In this document: positions 17,012 to 28,900 of the stretch, piece by piece
How the letters are laid out: every line of letters begins with the position of its first letter
Position numbering within the stretch: position 1 is the first letter of the stretch
IMG/VR virus record: IMGVR_UViG_3300024308_000004
Location: 1 to 38,640 of that record
Reading direction: 5' to 3' (one strand)
DNA length: 38,640 bases
Source of the DNA: a virus
Lineage: Duplodnaviria; Heunggongvirae; Uroviricota; Caudoviricetes
The notes under the pieces: model-generated
Databases searched by the model: none
Seen by the model: only the letters and a program-made list of their open reading frames with translations
Told to the model about the DNA's origin: nothing
Position numbers and translations under genes: made by a program

Positions 17012-20000
17012 GTGGCAAATAATGTCGCCCGTATTCAGGCTGAGTTAGACCTCGATAACGGTCAGTTCACTGGCAAGATTTCCAGTTCGATTGGCCAGTT
17101 AAAGTCCTTCGGCGCAGCCGTGAATAACACCGACAAATCGATCCGCAACATTGAGCGCCGAGTCACTGGATTCGGCGCTAGTGTGCGTGATGCGATGGTC
17201 GTCTTAGGTCAATTCCGCGCATCCATGATGACTGTCTGGGCTGGTACCGGACAGTGGGTTGCTGCGATCATCAAAGCCAATGCGGAACTGGAGCGTATGC
17301 AGGCCCTGTTGAAGGGTGTTGCGTCCGGTACCGAAGCCCAGCGCAATGCTCAGGCTAACTCTGATTTGGCATACACCATCAAACTGGCTCAGGAAGCACC
17401 GTTCTCGCTGTCCGCTATCGGTGACTCGATGGTGAAGCTGCGTTCGGCTGGCGTCGAAGCAACCAGCATGATGAAAGCCATGACGGACGCCGTTGCTGCG
17501 TTCGGTGGTAATGACGAAACCCTTAAGCGCGCCACGATTGCTATCCAGCAGATGGCGGGTAAGGGCGTGGTCTCGATGGAAGAATTACGTCAGCAGTTAG
17601 GTGAAGCCGTACCGACTGCCATGAAGCTGATGGCTCGTGGTCTGAATGTCACGATGGCTCAGTTAACCAAAGAAGTGTCCAAGGGTACTGTCGAAGCGAA
17701 GAACGCACTGAAAGCCATGCAGCTTGAAATGGCTGCCGAGTACGAAGGTTCGGCTCTGCGCATGATGAAGACCTGGACCGGCATGATGGCGAAGTTGAAG
17801 ACTGAATGGCTGTTGTTCGCTAAGAACATTGGTGACGCTGGTCTGTTCGATGCTGCCAAGAATGCTCTCCGCGAATTATCCAATACGCTGTCCGACCCGA
17901 AGACCATTGCTAGTGCCAAGGCACTGGGCGTTACGCTGGGCGAACTGGTGGTCACAATGACCAACGGTGCGAAGTGGATCCTGGAAAACCAAGCGGCAAT
18001 CATTGCTTGGGGTAAGGGTATTGCCACCGTCGCTGCTGCCGGTTATCTGCTGTCCCTGATTAAGAACATGCAGCTTTGGAGCAACGTCATGCAAGGCATG
18101 GCTGGTTCCATCGTTTCTATTTCTGGCAAGAACCAGGGTCTGTGGCGTTCGTTCCAGGGCTTCACCGTGATGCAGCAGGCTACTGTCGCCGCGAACGGTA
18201 TGAAGGGCGCGATGAACGGTCTGCTGCAAACACTGACCGGCTTTAGCGGTCCGGTGGGTCTGGCTATCGTTGCGATTGGTGGTCTGATTGGCTGGCTGGT
18301 CAAGCTGCAATCCGAAGCGAAGCAAGCTGCCGCAGACATGCGCGCGGTTCTGGCTCTGCAAGGTAACGAAGTTCTGACCGATCAGCAGTACACCACTGCT
18401 ACTGAAAACCTGAACAACTACACCGAAGCCTTGAAGAAGGTTACGGAAGCTCGCCGTCTGGAAGCACAGCAGCAAGCCCAAGGTTTCAATCAGGTTCGTG
18501 GTAACCGTATTCGTGAACTGATGCAGGAAGCTGCCGGTTTGACTGGCGATTCCAAGATGGCTGATTCTGTTATCTACGGTCAGGATTCTTGGGACAAGAA
18601 GATCAAGGCGCTGGAAACGTATCTGATTCCACGCATGAACGAAGTGTCCAAGAAAGTCCGCATGTCGGTTGAGAACCAAACAAAGGCTGACGATCAGCGC
18701 TTTGTGAGTTCCTGGTCGGCCAAGATGGATGACAGCATCGTCAAGGTCAAGGAACGTTTCAGTGGTCTGAATGCCCAGCTGGAAGCAGATATTGAATCCG
18801 GCAAGATCAAGCAGGCGGACATGTTTGAAGCCCGTACCAAGCTGATGACCGATCAGGCTAAGGAAGAAAGTAATATTTACGCCGCACAGATCGCCGTACT
18901 GGAAGAGGGTTTGAAAAAGCAGACCGGTGTTGAGGCTCGTCGTACCCAAATGCTGTTGCAGGCTCGTCGTGAACAGAAGCTCGCGGCTGACCAACGTTAC
19001 AACGACCGTCTGGGTGCGCGTGAGCGTGGCATCGTTTCGCTGACCGAACCCGGCAAGGACAAGAACGCTGAGAAGAAGGCCAAGGCGCAAGCCCAAAGCC
19101 TGTCGGATCTACTGACCACTCTGCGCGGCAAGAACGCCCAGCTGACTGCGTCGTTGGAAGACGACAGCATCCCGGCGCTTGAGAAGTTTGAGGCGATACT
19201 GGAAGAGGGTAAGAAGTACGGTAACGCTGATAGCGGCATGGTTGCGGAAATCAAGGAGTTGATTGCTGTCAACGATGAACTGGCTGATAAGGTCAAGAAG
19301 AGCAAGGCTACCGAAAAGCTGAAAGGCGATCTGGAAGAAATGGCAGCGAAGGCTAGCGCCGACGTTATCACCGAATCCCTCAAGCAATCAGGCGACGTGT
19401 ACTCCAAGGTCGCTGCTGGCATGGTGGGTTTCAACCGAGAAGTCGCGGTGATGCGCGTCAATCTGGATAAGACCAACATGTCAAGCAAGGAATTTGAGGA
19501 GAAGGTCAAGGAGATTCAGGCGACTCTGTTCAAGGTAGATATGATCCGGTTCAGCGATTGGGTCAAGGATACCAATGTCGAGAACAACACCGCGATTCTG
19601 GAAGATCGGGATCAGGTCTTGGCTAAGCATATGGAAACCCTGCGCCAGTATGAAATCATGCGGCAGAACCTGATTAAGAGCGCTAACGGTGACAAAGCTC
19701 AGATCGACACCATCAACAAGGGCATTGACTCGGTAATTGCGACACAGGAAAAGCGGTTCAACTACGAGTCACGGACCTCCTGGCAAAAGTGGCTGGACGA
19801 CTACCGGGACATTACGCAGGAGATGGATGATGTTTGGGCGCAGTCGCTGGATTCTATGTCCAATTCGCTGGCCGATATGTTCGTCACTGGTAAGTCTGGC
19901 TGGCGTGATTACGCGACAAGCATCCTGAAGGAAATTGCTCGCGTTATGACCGCTAAGGTTGTTGGTCAGTTTGTTGAGTTCGCCATGTCGTTCTTCAACT

Positions 20001-20452
20001 TTGGTGGAGGTGGTGGCACCGCTGGCGCTTCCAAGGCTGGTATGACTGCCAATACTTCGGCTAGCTCTGCTGGTTCCAACGTGAAGGGTTATGCTAATGG
20101 TGGTATTCACTCGTCGGCTGGTTCACTCCCGCTGCACAAGTACGCCACCGGTGGTATTGCAAAGACCCCTCAGATGGCATTATTCGGTGAAGGTCGTTTG
20201 CCAGAAGCGTATGTTCCGTTGCCTGATGGTCGTTCGATTCCTGTTACAATGGAAGGGGCGACGGGAGGTGGCACACAGAACAACGTGTCGATCAATGTAA
20301 CCATCAACAACGAAGGTGGTGGCAGTGGTGATGCTCAGAGCGATACCGCACAGGGTCGCCAGCTGGGTAAGAACTTGCAGTCTGTCGTCATCAAGACCAT
20401 TCAGGAGCAGCAACGTCCGGGTGGTATTCTCTGGAACGGAAATACGAGGTAA
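17012..20452 (+). CDS. Tail tape measure protein
   Basis: 1146 aa, helical; tape-measure motif AIQQMAGKGVVSMEELRQQLGEA; lambda-like C-terminus YATGG...GEGRLPEAYVPL; GTG start after AAGGAGG. Confidence 0.95.
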   Translation: MANNVARIQAELDLDNGQFTGKISSSIGQLKSFGAAVNNTDKSIRNIERRVTGFGASVRDAMVVLGQFRASMMTVWAGTGQWVAAIIKANAELERMQALLKGVASGTEAQRNAQANSDLAYTIKLAQEAPFSLSAIGDSMVKLRSAGVEATSMMKAMTDAVAAFGGNDETLKRATIAIQQMAGKGVVSMEELRQQLGEAVPTAMKLMARGLNVTMAQLTKEVSKGTVEAKNALKAMQLEMAAEYEGSALRMMKTWTGMMAKLKTEWLLFAKNIGDAGLFDAAKNALRELSNTLSDPKTIASAKALGVTLGELVVTMTNGAKWILENQAAIIAWGKGIATVAAAGYLLSLIKNMQLWSNVMQGMAGSIVSISGKNQGLWRSFQGFTVMQQATVAANGMKGAMNGLLQTLTGFSGPVGLAIVAIGGLIGWLVKLQSEAKQAAADMRAVLALQGNEVLTDQQYTTATENLNNYTEALKKVTEARRLEAQQQAQGFNQVRGNRIRELMQEAAGLTGDSKMADSVIYGQDSWDKKIKALETYLIPRMNEVSKKVRMSVENQTKADDQRFVSSWSAKMDDSIVKVKERFSGLNAQLEADIESGKIKQADMFEARTKLMTDQAKEESNIYAAQIAVLEEGLKKQTGVEARRTQMLLQARREQKLAADQRYNDRLGARERGIVSLTEPGKDKNAEKKAKAQAQSLSDLLTTLRGKNAQLTASLEDDSIPALEKFEAILEEGKKYGNADSGMVAEIKELIAVNDELADKVKKSKATEKLKGDLEEMAAKASADVITESLKQSGDVYSKVAAGMVGFNREVAVMRVNLDKTNMSSKEFEEKVKEIQATLFKVDMIRFSDWVKDTNVENNTAILEDRDQVLAKHMETLRQYEIMRQNLIKSANGDKAQIDTINKGIDSVIATQEKRFNYESRTSWQKWLDDYRDITQEMDDVWAQSLDSMSNSLADMFVTGKSGWRDYATSILKEIARVMTAKVVGQFVEFAMSFFNFGGGGGTAGASKAGMTANTSASSAGSNVKGYANGGIHSSAGSLPLHKYATGGIAKTPQMALFGEGRLPEAYVPLPDGRSIPVTMEGATGGGTQNNVSINVTINNEGGGSGDAQSDTAQGRQLGKNLQSVVIKTIQEQQRPGGILWNGNTR

Positions 20453-20455
20453 ATA

Positions 20456-20797
20456 ATGGCGACAGAAACCTTTACCTGGGAACGCCAAGCGGGTGCGGTA
20501 GGTAAGATTACCTACCGCGTCCTGGAGGCAAAGTTTGGTGATGGTTATTCACAAGTCATTCCTGACGGCATGAATACCAAAAACCAAACTTGGCCCCTGG
20601 TGTTTGAAGGCAATATGGCTTACATCAAACCGATCTTGGAATTCTTCGACCGTCACAAAGGCGCGAAGTCTTTCAAATGGACCCCACCGGGAGAAGATTT
20701 ACCTTTGTTCTTCCGAGCAAGCGATCTTAGCCTGACTTCTATGGGTGGTGGCGTGTATCAATTAAGCGCGGAATTTAAACAGGTGTTCTATCAATGA
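20456..20797 (+). CDS. Minor tail protein (lambda gpM-like distal tail)
   Basis: AKFGDGYSQ...GMN...FFDRHKGAKSFKWTPPG...LSAEFKQVF. Confidence 0.93.
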   Translation: MATETFTWERQAGAVGKITYRVLEAKFGDGYSQVIPDGMNTKNQTWPLVFEGNMAYIKPILEFFDRHKGAKSFKWTPPGEDLPLFFRASDLSLTSMGGGVYQLSAEFKQVFYQ

Positions 20798-21495
20798 GTA
20801 CGGTTAAGTCGGAATTACAAAAACTCAATCCGGACGGCATCATCGAACTTTTCCAGTTGGATGCTACGTCCATTGGTGCGAATAGCCTGTACTTCCACGG
20901 CGATACAACCATGGGTACGATTGTCTGGCAGGGCCAGGAATACGACCCATGGCCCATCGAGGCAGTTGATTTCGCGCGTACATCCGACCAGCAACCGATG
21001 CCAAAGCTGACAGTTGCTAACCTGGATGGATCCATTACGCGCCTGTGTCAGGTCTACGACGATATGGTTGGTACTGTGGTCAAGCGTATCCGCACCTTCG
21101 TTAAGTTCCTGGATGCGGTGAACTTCCCTGATGGCAATCCGGAAGCCGATCCGAACGAACAGTTCCCACCTGAAATCTGGTACATCGAGCGCAAGTCCGG
21201 TGAAACCCAAGACAACGTTTCCTTTGAACTGGTGTCGGCGTTCGATTTGGGTGGCGTGCAGTTACCTCGTCGTCAGATCATCGCCAACTATTGCACCTGG
21301 AAATCCGTCGGTGGTTATCGTGGCGAATACTGCGGCTATACTGGTCCGGCCGTAGCCAAAGAAGACGGCACACCTACCACTAACCCCGGTGAAGACCGTT
21401 GCGGTGGCAAGTTGTCTGATTGTCGGTTACGCAAGTGGCCCGAGGACGTAATGAATTTTGGTGGCTTCCCGGCAGCGGGTCTGATGCGCACCTAA
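20794..21495 (+). CDS. Minor tail protein L (lambda gpL-like)
   Basis: YDPWPIEA, PKLTVAN, RIRTFVKFLD, LPRRQIIANYCTW...YRGEYCGY...CGGKLSDC...FGGFP with the Fe-S cysteines. Confidence 0.96.
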   Translation: MSTVKSELQKLNPDGIIELFQLDATSIGANSLYFHGDTTMGTIVWQGQEYDPWPIEAVDFARTSDQQPMPKLTVANLDGSITRLCQVYDDMVGTVVKRIRTFVKFLDAVNFPDGNPEADPNEQFPPEIWYIERKSGETQDNVSFELVSAFDLGGVQLPRRQIIANYCTWKSVGGYRGEYCGYTGPAVAKEDGTPTTNPGEDRCGGKLSDCRLRKWPEDVMNFGGFPAAGLMRT

Positions 21496-21504
21496 GGAGT
21501 TAAC

Positions 21505-22239
21505 ATGCAGGAACAAACTAAACAGGATGCAATTGCCCATGCGATTTCGGTGTTCCCAACCGAATCGTGTGGTCTGATTGCTGTGGTGAAGGGTAAAGAG
21601 AAATATTTCCCGTGTGTAAATCACGCTCAGACCAAGTCTGAGCATTTCATTATCTCGGGCGAACAATGGGCAGAAATCGAAGACCAAGGTGAAATCACTG
21701 GCGTAGTCCATTCGCACCCCAACGCCAGTTCCGATCCCTCACAGGGCGATAAGATCCAGTGCGAGAACACCGGCGTTAACTGGTACGTTCTTTCAATTGG
21801 TCAAGAGCCAGGGTCAGACCCGCATTTCCACGACATGTCTGCCATTGCTCCGTGTGGTTATGAAGCGCCATTGGTTGGTCGTGAGTTCTTCCACGGTTCT
21901 GCCGATTGTTTTTCGCTTGTTCGGGATTACTACAAGCGCGTGCTGGGAATCGAACTGACTAACTACCAACGCACTGATGGTTGGTGGGAGCGTGGTGAGA
22001 ACCTGTATATGAAAAATCTGGAAGCAGAAGGCTTCTATGAAGTATCCGAAAAGGATATGCGTAAGGGCGATATGATTGTCATGCAGGTTATGGCGAAAGA
22101 ACCGAATCATGCCGGTGTTTACTTGGGTGACGGATTGTTTTTACACCATCTGTACGGTAGACTTTCCAGTCGTGACGTGTATGGTGGTATGTGGCGAGAA
22201 GCCACCCGAGTTATTGTTCGACATAAGGATGCTCCATGA
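21505..22239 (+). CDS. Tail assembly protein K (JAB/MPN + NlpC/P60)
   Basis: ESCG, VVHSHP...SQGD (JAB); DCFSLVRDYY, NHAGVYLG, LHH (NlpC/P60). Confidence 0.95.
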   Translation: MQEQTKQDAIAHAISVFPTESCGLIAVVKGKEKYFPCVNHAQTKSEHFIISGEQWAEIEDQGEITGVVHSHPNASSDPSQGDKIQCENTGVNWYVLSIGQEPGSDPHFHDMSAIAPCGYEAPLVGREFFHGSADCFSLVRDYYKRVLGIELTNYQRTDGWWERGENLYMKNLEAEGFYEVSEKDMRKGDMIVMQVMAKEPNHAGVYLGDGLFLHHLYGRLSSRDVYGGMWREATRVIVRHKDAP

Positions 22240-22910
22240 ATGAGTTGAAGACAATTCGGTTATATGGTCAGCTGGGTGCGCGTTATGGGCGCGTCCATCG
22301 CTTTGCTGTGTCCAGTACAGCCGAAGCTGTACAAGCCCTGTGTAGCCAGATTCCCGGCATTGAGCGGTATCTTACTGAATCCAAAGAGAAAGGTTTAACC
22401 TTTGCGGTGTTCGTCGGTAAGAAGAACCTTACGGAAGACAATCTGCACGATCCGGTTGGTCAAGAAGACATTCGTTTCGCTCCAGTACCAATCGGCTCTA
22501 AGCGTGGTGGTGTTTTACAGACCATCGTCGGCGTGGTGCTGATTGTCGTCGGTGCGATTATTACAGGTCTGTCATACGGCTGGGCCGCTCCGGTTGGTGG
22601 CGCGATGGTTAAGATGGGTATTGCGATGGTCGCGGGTGGTATCGTCCAGATGCTGACACCAATGCCTAAATCCAGCGCAGCAGACACCAAGGATGCGAAC
22701 GCTTCCTACACATTTAATGGCGCAGTTAATACACAAGCGCAAGGTAATCCTGTACCATTGGTGTATGGTCGTATGATTGTCGGTAGTGCCGTCATCAGCG
22801 CCGCGATTATTGCCAACCAAGAACAGATCGCCGGTACCAGCCGTTATCTGAATAACCCAGTCAACGGTGGTGGATTCTGGACAGATCGTTTTGAATTCCT
22901 AAATGAATAA
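22236..22910 (+). CDS. Tail assembly protein I
   Basis: IRLYGQLGARYGR, GSKRGGVLQTIVG, SYTFNGAVNTQAQGNPVPLVYGRMIVGS. Confidence 0.95.
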   Translation: MNELKTIRLYGQLGARYGRVHRFAVSSTAEAVQALCSQIPGIERYLTESKEKGLTFAVFVGKKNLTEDNLHDPVGQEDIRFAPVPIGSKRGGVLQTIVGVVLIVVGAIITGLSYGWAAPVGGAMVKMGIAMVAGGIVQMLTPMPKSSAADTKDANASYTFNGAVNTQAQGNPVPLVYGRMIVGSAVISAAIIANQEQIAGTSRYLNNPVNGGGFWTDRFEFLNE

Positions 22911-25900
22911 GGAGAAGAGGGTGTTGGATTTAAAGAAGACCCCATTAGCTATTGCAGTACAGGGTTACAAAGGTGGTGGCAATCGCACACCGGTCGAAGC
23001 CCCCAACACCCTCAAATCTAGCGCTATCGCCAACCTTCTGGACCTGATTTCGGAAGGTCCCATCGTGGGTCTAGTTGATGGCTTGAAATCGGTGTATCTG
23101 GACGAAACCCCGGTTGAAAGCTCCAACGGTACGCGCAACTTCACCAACTTCCAAATCGACTACCGACTGGGTACTCCCGATCAATCCTTCATTCCGGGGT
23201 TTGATTCGGTCGAGAACGAAATCAGTGTGGGCGTCGAACTGAAACAAGGTTCCCCATTCATTCGCCAGTTCACAAACACCAACCTGGATGCTATCCGGGT
23301 TCGTTTGTCTGTGCCTGCGTTACATAAAACCAATAAAGAGAACGGCGATATTAGCGGCACGTCTGTCGCCTATCAGATTGCCATTTCGACCGACAACGGT
23401 CCGTACAACACCGTCCTGAGTACCTCGTTCAATGGCAAGACCATGAACAAGTACGAGCGCGACCATAAGATTGACCTACCTCCGGCTAATCAGGGCTGGT
23501 CGATTCGCGTTACTCGCTCTACTCCCAACTCAACCGCTTCGGAACTTCAAAACCAGACCTTTGTGGAATCGCTGGTCGAGGTCATTGAAGCCAAGCTGCG
23601 TTACCCGAACAGCGCCGTCATTGGCGTCAAGTTAGAGGCTTCGCAGTTCTCCAACATTCCTGGTCGTGCCTATGACGTGAAGGGTCGTATTATTCGCGTC
23701 CCGACCAATTACAATCCGGAAGACCGTTCGTACTCCGGCGTCTGGGATGGTACGTTCAAGCTGGCTTGGACTGACAATCCGGCGTGGATTTACTACGATC
23801 TGGCTACGCACCCGCGTTACGGTCTGGGTCACCTGATTACCGACCTGCAAGTGAACAAGTGGGTTCTGTACTCGATTGCCCAATACTGTGACGGCTTGGT
23901 GCCTAACGGTCGTGGTGGTCAGGAGCCTCGCTTCACTTGTAACATGTTCCTGCAAAAGCAGGCAGACGCTTACAAGGTGCTGCAAGACCTGGCTACTGTG
24001 TTCCGTGGCATTGCGTACTGGGCTAACGGTGAAATTCAGGCGATCCAAGATCGTCCGGACGAACCGGTGTTCATGTACTCACCTGCCAATGTGATCGCTG
24101 GCAAGTTCGGTTACGAAGGTACTGCGCGCAAGACCCGCTTCAATGTGGCGCTTGTTTCGTGGAACGATCTGACCAACATGGGTCGTGCTGCGATTGAGTA
24201 CGTGGACGATCCGGAAGGTATCGCTCGTTACGGCATTCAGCAGACCGACGTTACGGCTGTTGGTTGTACTTCGCAGGGCCAGGCTCAGCGTGTCGGTCGT
24301 TACCTGCTGGCTACTTCCAAGTACGAAACCCAAAGCGTTACCTTCCAGGTTGGTCTGGACGGTACCCTGGTTGCACCCGGCAAAATCATCTTGATTAACG
24401 ATCCGCTCCGCGCTGGCATTCGCCTGGGTGGTCGTATTACTGCGGGTCCGGATAATCATTCGGTGTTCGTTGATGGCGAACCGGGTCAGATTGAAATCGG
24501 TGATACCCTGCGCGTCGCGCTGCCAGACGGTACGATGGAAAGCCGTACGGTTTCCTCGATCAATGGCAATCAAATCATTGTTTCGGTTGCGTTCACTCAG
24601 GCCCCGCAAGACGATGCTATGTGGTCGGCTGAGCGTGCCAACGTGCAGGCTCTGCGTTACCGTGTGCTGGCTGTGACCGAAGAAGACGGCAAGGTCTTCA
24701 CAATCACTGCTATCCGTCACGTTGAGGGCAAGTTCTCCAACGCTGATAACGGTACCCGTATCGATCCGCCGAAGGAAAACCAGATGACTCCGGTGTCGCA
24801 AGACTCGGTTACCGATCTGGCCCTGACCAGCTACAACGCGGTTGACTACGTTTCTACCTCACAGGTGGTGGTCGCTTCGTGGAACGCTCCTAAGAACGCC
24901 GTTAAGTTCCAGGTGGAGTGGAAGCGTGACTCGGGTCCATGGACCAAGCTGCCCGAAACTGAATTCACCATTGCGGAAATCCGCGATGCGTGGTTTGGTA
25001 CCTACCTGGTTCGTGTTCGTGCGGTTAATTCCAATAACATTCTGTCGCAGCCGGTTACTTCGCAGCCGTTTGTTCTTAGCGCTCTGACCACGCCTCCGGG
25101 CGTCATCGTGGAAATCGATGACAAGGTGCAGGATAACTATGAGGAAATGATCCGCAAGGACGCTGAGAATGCTCAGGCGATTGTGGACGAAGCTCTGGCA
25201 CGTACCCAAAAGGACGTTGAACTGGCTCAAGCGGATGCCGATGAAGCTGCCGCACGCGCTGCTGCGGACGCTCAAGAGGCTATTGATCGCGCTGCTGCCA
25301 TCGACGCTGCTGTGGCTGACCTGGAAGCTCAGATTGCTGCCATTGATATTGGCGATATCCTGGGTGCGGAAAAGTGGGATAAGACCAAGTCTTACCTCGC
25401 TACGACACTGGTCGTGTCCGAAGGTAAGCTGTATCGCGCCAAGATCGACGTTCCGGCTAACACCGAAATCACCAATGCTACTTACTGGGAGCCGATCGGT
25501 AATTACGCTGAACTGGTTGATGAAGTGAAGGCGCAGGCTGCGGTCGTGAGCCAGCACACCACGCAGATCACCAACATCAACGGTCAGATCAGCACCCTCA
25601 GCACCGACATGACGCAGGTTAAGTCGCGTCTGACCAATGCTGAAGGCACAATCACTGCGAATAGCTCGGCTATCAATGCCCTGCAAACCAACGTGACCAA
25701 CCTGAACAACACCGTTACGGCTAATAGCTCGGCTATCACCCAGCTGCAAACCGATATGGTGGACGCAAAACAGGGTATTTCCGCTAACGCTGGTGCTATC
25801 ACCGGCTTGACTACGCGCGTGTCCAATGCTGAGGGTTTGATTACCTCACAGGGTCAGGCGATCACCAAGGTCCAGGCTGGTCTGGGTAACATTGGTGGTG

Positions 25901-28900
25901 ACAACCTGCTGAATAACTCCAGCTTTGAAAACCGTATCAATGACGTGACTCCTCCGACTGGCTGGGGTACGGCTTTTGGTGGCTCTATGGGTTCGATTGT
26001 CCATAGCTACGTTGACTCGCCTCTGGCTGGTTCGACTAAGGCTTGGCGTGTCACTGGTACTGCTGCTTCCGGTGGTGCTACGCAAATCCTGGGTCTGTCC
26101 GAGTCGGTGACTGCGGCGAACCTGATCAAGGCAGTTCCGGGCCAGAAGCATACCCTGAGCGCCTTCATGCGTGGTACGGCTACCAATGCTACGGCTCTGC
26201 TGATTATCTGGTACTACAACAGTGCCGGTACGTCGGTTGCTACGCATGTCAGTCCCGCCGTCACGCTGGATGCAGCCAACTTCAATCGCTTTACCTTTAC
26301 GGTTCCGACTGCTGCTCCTGCAAACACTGTCGAGGTTCGTGCCCAGCTTCGCCTGCAAACGACTGTGGCTGGCAATTACACCTTTGAAATTGACAACGCC
26401 CAGCTGCAATTAGGCGAAGTTGCTACCAACTGGATGCCGAGCGCTCTGGAAGTCGCGCAGCAGGCTGCAAATACCGCGTCTGCCCTCACTTCGCTGACTG
26501 CTACCGTTACACAACAGGGCAACACCATTACATCGCAGGGTAACGCGATTACCAATCTGCAAACCGCAGTGGCCGGTAAGGCTGACGCTCAGGCGTTGGT
26601 TGATCTGACCTCGCGCGTGGTTGTGACTGAGAATTCGATCACCAGCCTGAATAGCTCGGTGACCACGTTGAATTCCAACATGAGCAACATTGGTGGTGAC
26701 AACCTGCTGTCAAACAGCTCGTTTGAGCAGGGCGAACCTTCGGGCCTGAACGCTGGCCCGGGGTGGAACCTGGAGCGTATCCGGGGCGACATACCCTGCG
26801 CGTTCTCCCGGGTTCCGTCGATGCTGACCGGTGGTGGTAATGCTCTGCGTCTGGAGTGGACTGCTGCCAATGCAGAAGATTGGGCAGGCGTGAATCGTGC
26901 GGGTCCAGGTGCGGGCTATATGCGTATCAAGCCTCTGACCGATTATGTGCTGTCCACTTGGGTTCGCGGTACAGCGGGTACTCGCTTCCAGATTTACGTT
27001 GTGTGGTTCAACGAGACTGGTGGTACCGGTATGGGTACGATCACCTCGCAGTTTGTCTTTGCCACTGGCGAATGGCAGCGTCTGATTCTTCCTGCTCGTT
27101 CGCCGAGTGGCGAAGTAAAGCGCGCCCGCGCTTATGTGGGCCGTCAGTTCGCGGTCACTCCGGGCAACTACTGGATGGAAGTTGATAACGTCATGCTCCA
27201 GGAGGGTCTGGTTGCTACCGCTTGGACTCCGAGTGCCAACGAAGTGGCTACGCTGGCTAACGCAAGCGCGTCCGCGATTACTTCGCTGACCACTCGCGTC
27301 ACCAATGCAGAAGGCACCATCACAACTCAGGGCGGCCAAATCACCACGCTGAACAACAGCGTGAATGGCGTCGCCATGAACGGCGCAAACTGGATGTTCA
27401 ACTCCAACTTTGCGACCGGTCTGGAATGGTGGAGCGTATCTGCTGGCGCTGGTAACTCGATTGTTTGGGGTGCAGCTGCCGGTCAGACCGGTGGTGGTGT
27501 TACCTTCACTCGCGGCACTGGTACCTCTCAGGCGCCGTATGTGTTAGGTCGTAATGGTTTGTGGATGCCGAGTCAGACTGATAAGCCGCGCAACTTCCGT
27601 GCGGTCATTATCGCCAAACTGACCACTGGTTCTTCGGCGACCGTTACTGCCCGTATGCGCGTGCGGACAACCAATACATCGGACGGTGGTACTATCGGCG
27701 AGTCGAACAACGACCAGCAGATCACCATTACCGATACCAATTGGAAGCGGTACGTCTTCAATTTCGGCCCGGCTCTGAACACCCGTAACGAGTTCATGTT
27801 CCAGTTCTGGGTTGGTACAGAAGGGACTGCTGTGACCTTCGACCGCATCGAGGTCTACGACATGACCGAGCAGCTGGTGGGCGAAGCGAACGCTGCGGCT
27901 ACTACCGCTCTGACAACCCGCGTGACTGCGGCTGAGGGTGCTATTACCTCGACCTCGCAGAACATCACCCAACTGTCCAACAGCATCTCCCTGATTCAGG
28001 GTGGTTCTTCGTCCATCTGGCAACAGGGTACGTTTGAACAATGGGCTGATGGTACTGTGCTGGCTGGCAATCAGGCTGGTGGTACTAGCGCTACGGTCCG
28101 TGCGGCTGCCGCTCGTCAGGGTGTGCGGGGTATGGAGTGGAACGTTACCGCCAACACCTCGCCGACCACCAACGCTGATTTGTATATGGGCAATTTCGTT
28201 TCGATCAGTGGTGCTCGTAAGATTTATGTGGAGTTCTGGGCAAAGCTGGCTGATACCAGTATTGATGCGCCAACTGGTACGTTTGGTGTTGGTATCAATA
28301 CCCAGTCTGAGACCGGTGCTAATAACTGGCCGCGTACCAATACAGCCATCAACACTCTGTCCAAGACTGAATGGACCAAGATCAGTGGCTATCTGACCAC
28401 AAATGTCAACACCGCGCGTATGCGTATGTTCCTGTCGATCCCGGGTACGGGTTCGTCGGGCAACCGTCAGGTCGGCACCGTGATCTGGGTTGATGACATT
28501 GTTTGGATGGATGTGACCGACGCTGTGAACGCTCAGGCTTCTACAGATGCTCTGTCTACCGCACTGTCGTCGCTGACCAGCACTGTGACCACGCAAGGCA
28601 ACACCATTGCCTCGCAGGGTACGTCGATCACCAACTTGGATAACAAGCTACTTGGCGTGCGTAATCTGGGTGGTAACCTGATTCCCAACGCAGACTTCCA
28701 ATACAACCCGTTCATTCAGAACTGGTGGATGGCTGATGCTGGTGGTACAGGTAACGATATCCAGTGGGGCGCGGCTTACGGCGACGGCAAGTCCGGCGTT
28801 CGTATCACCCGTGGTGGCACTGGCGCTCCGTTCATTGCAACTGGTAACACCGTTAAGTCTGGCAATCAGGCTGCGGGTTGGTTCCCAGCTGTCGCGGGTA

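Noticed and set aside
17876-19096. 406-aa minus-strand ORF in the tape measure gene
   Set aside because: Shadow ORF with composition mirroring the sense codons.
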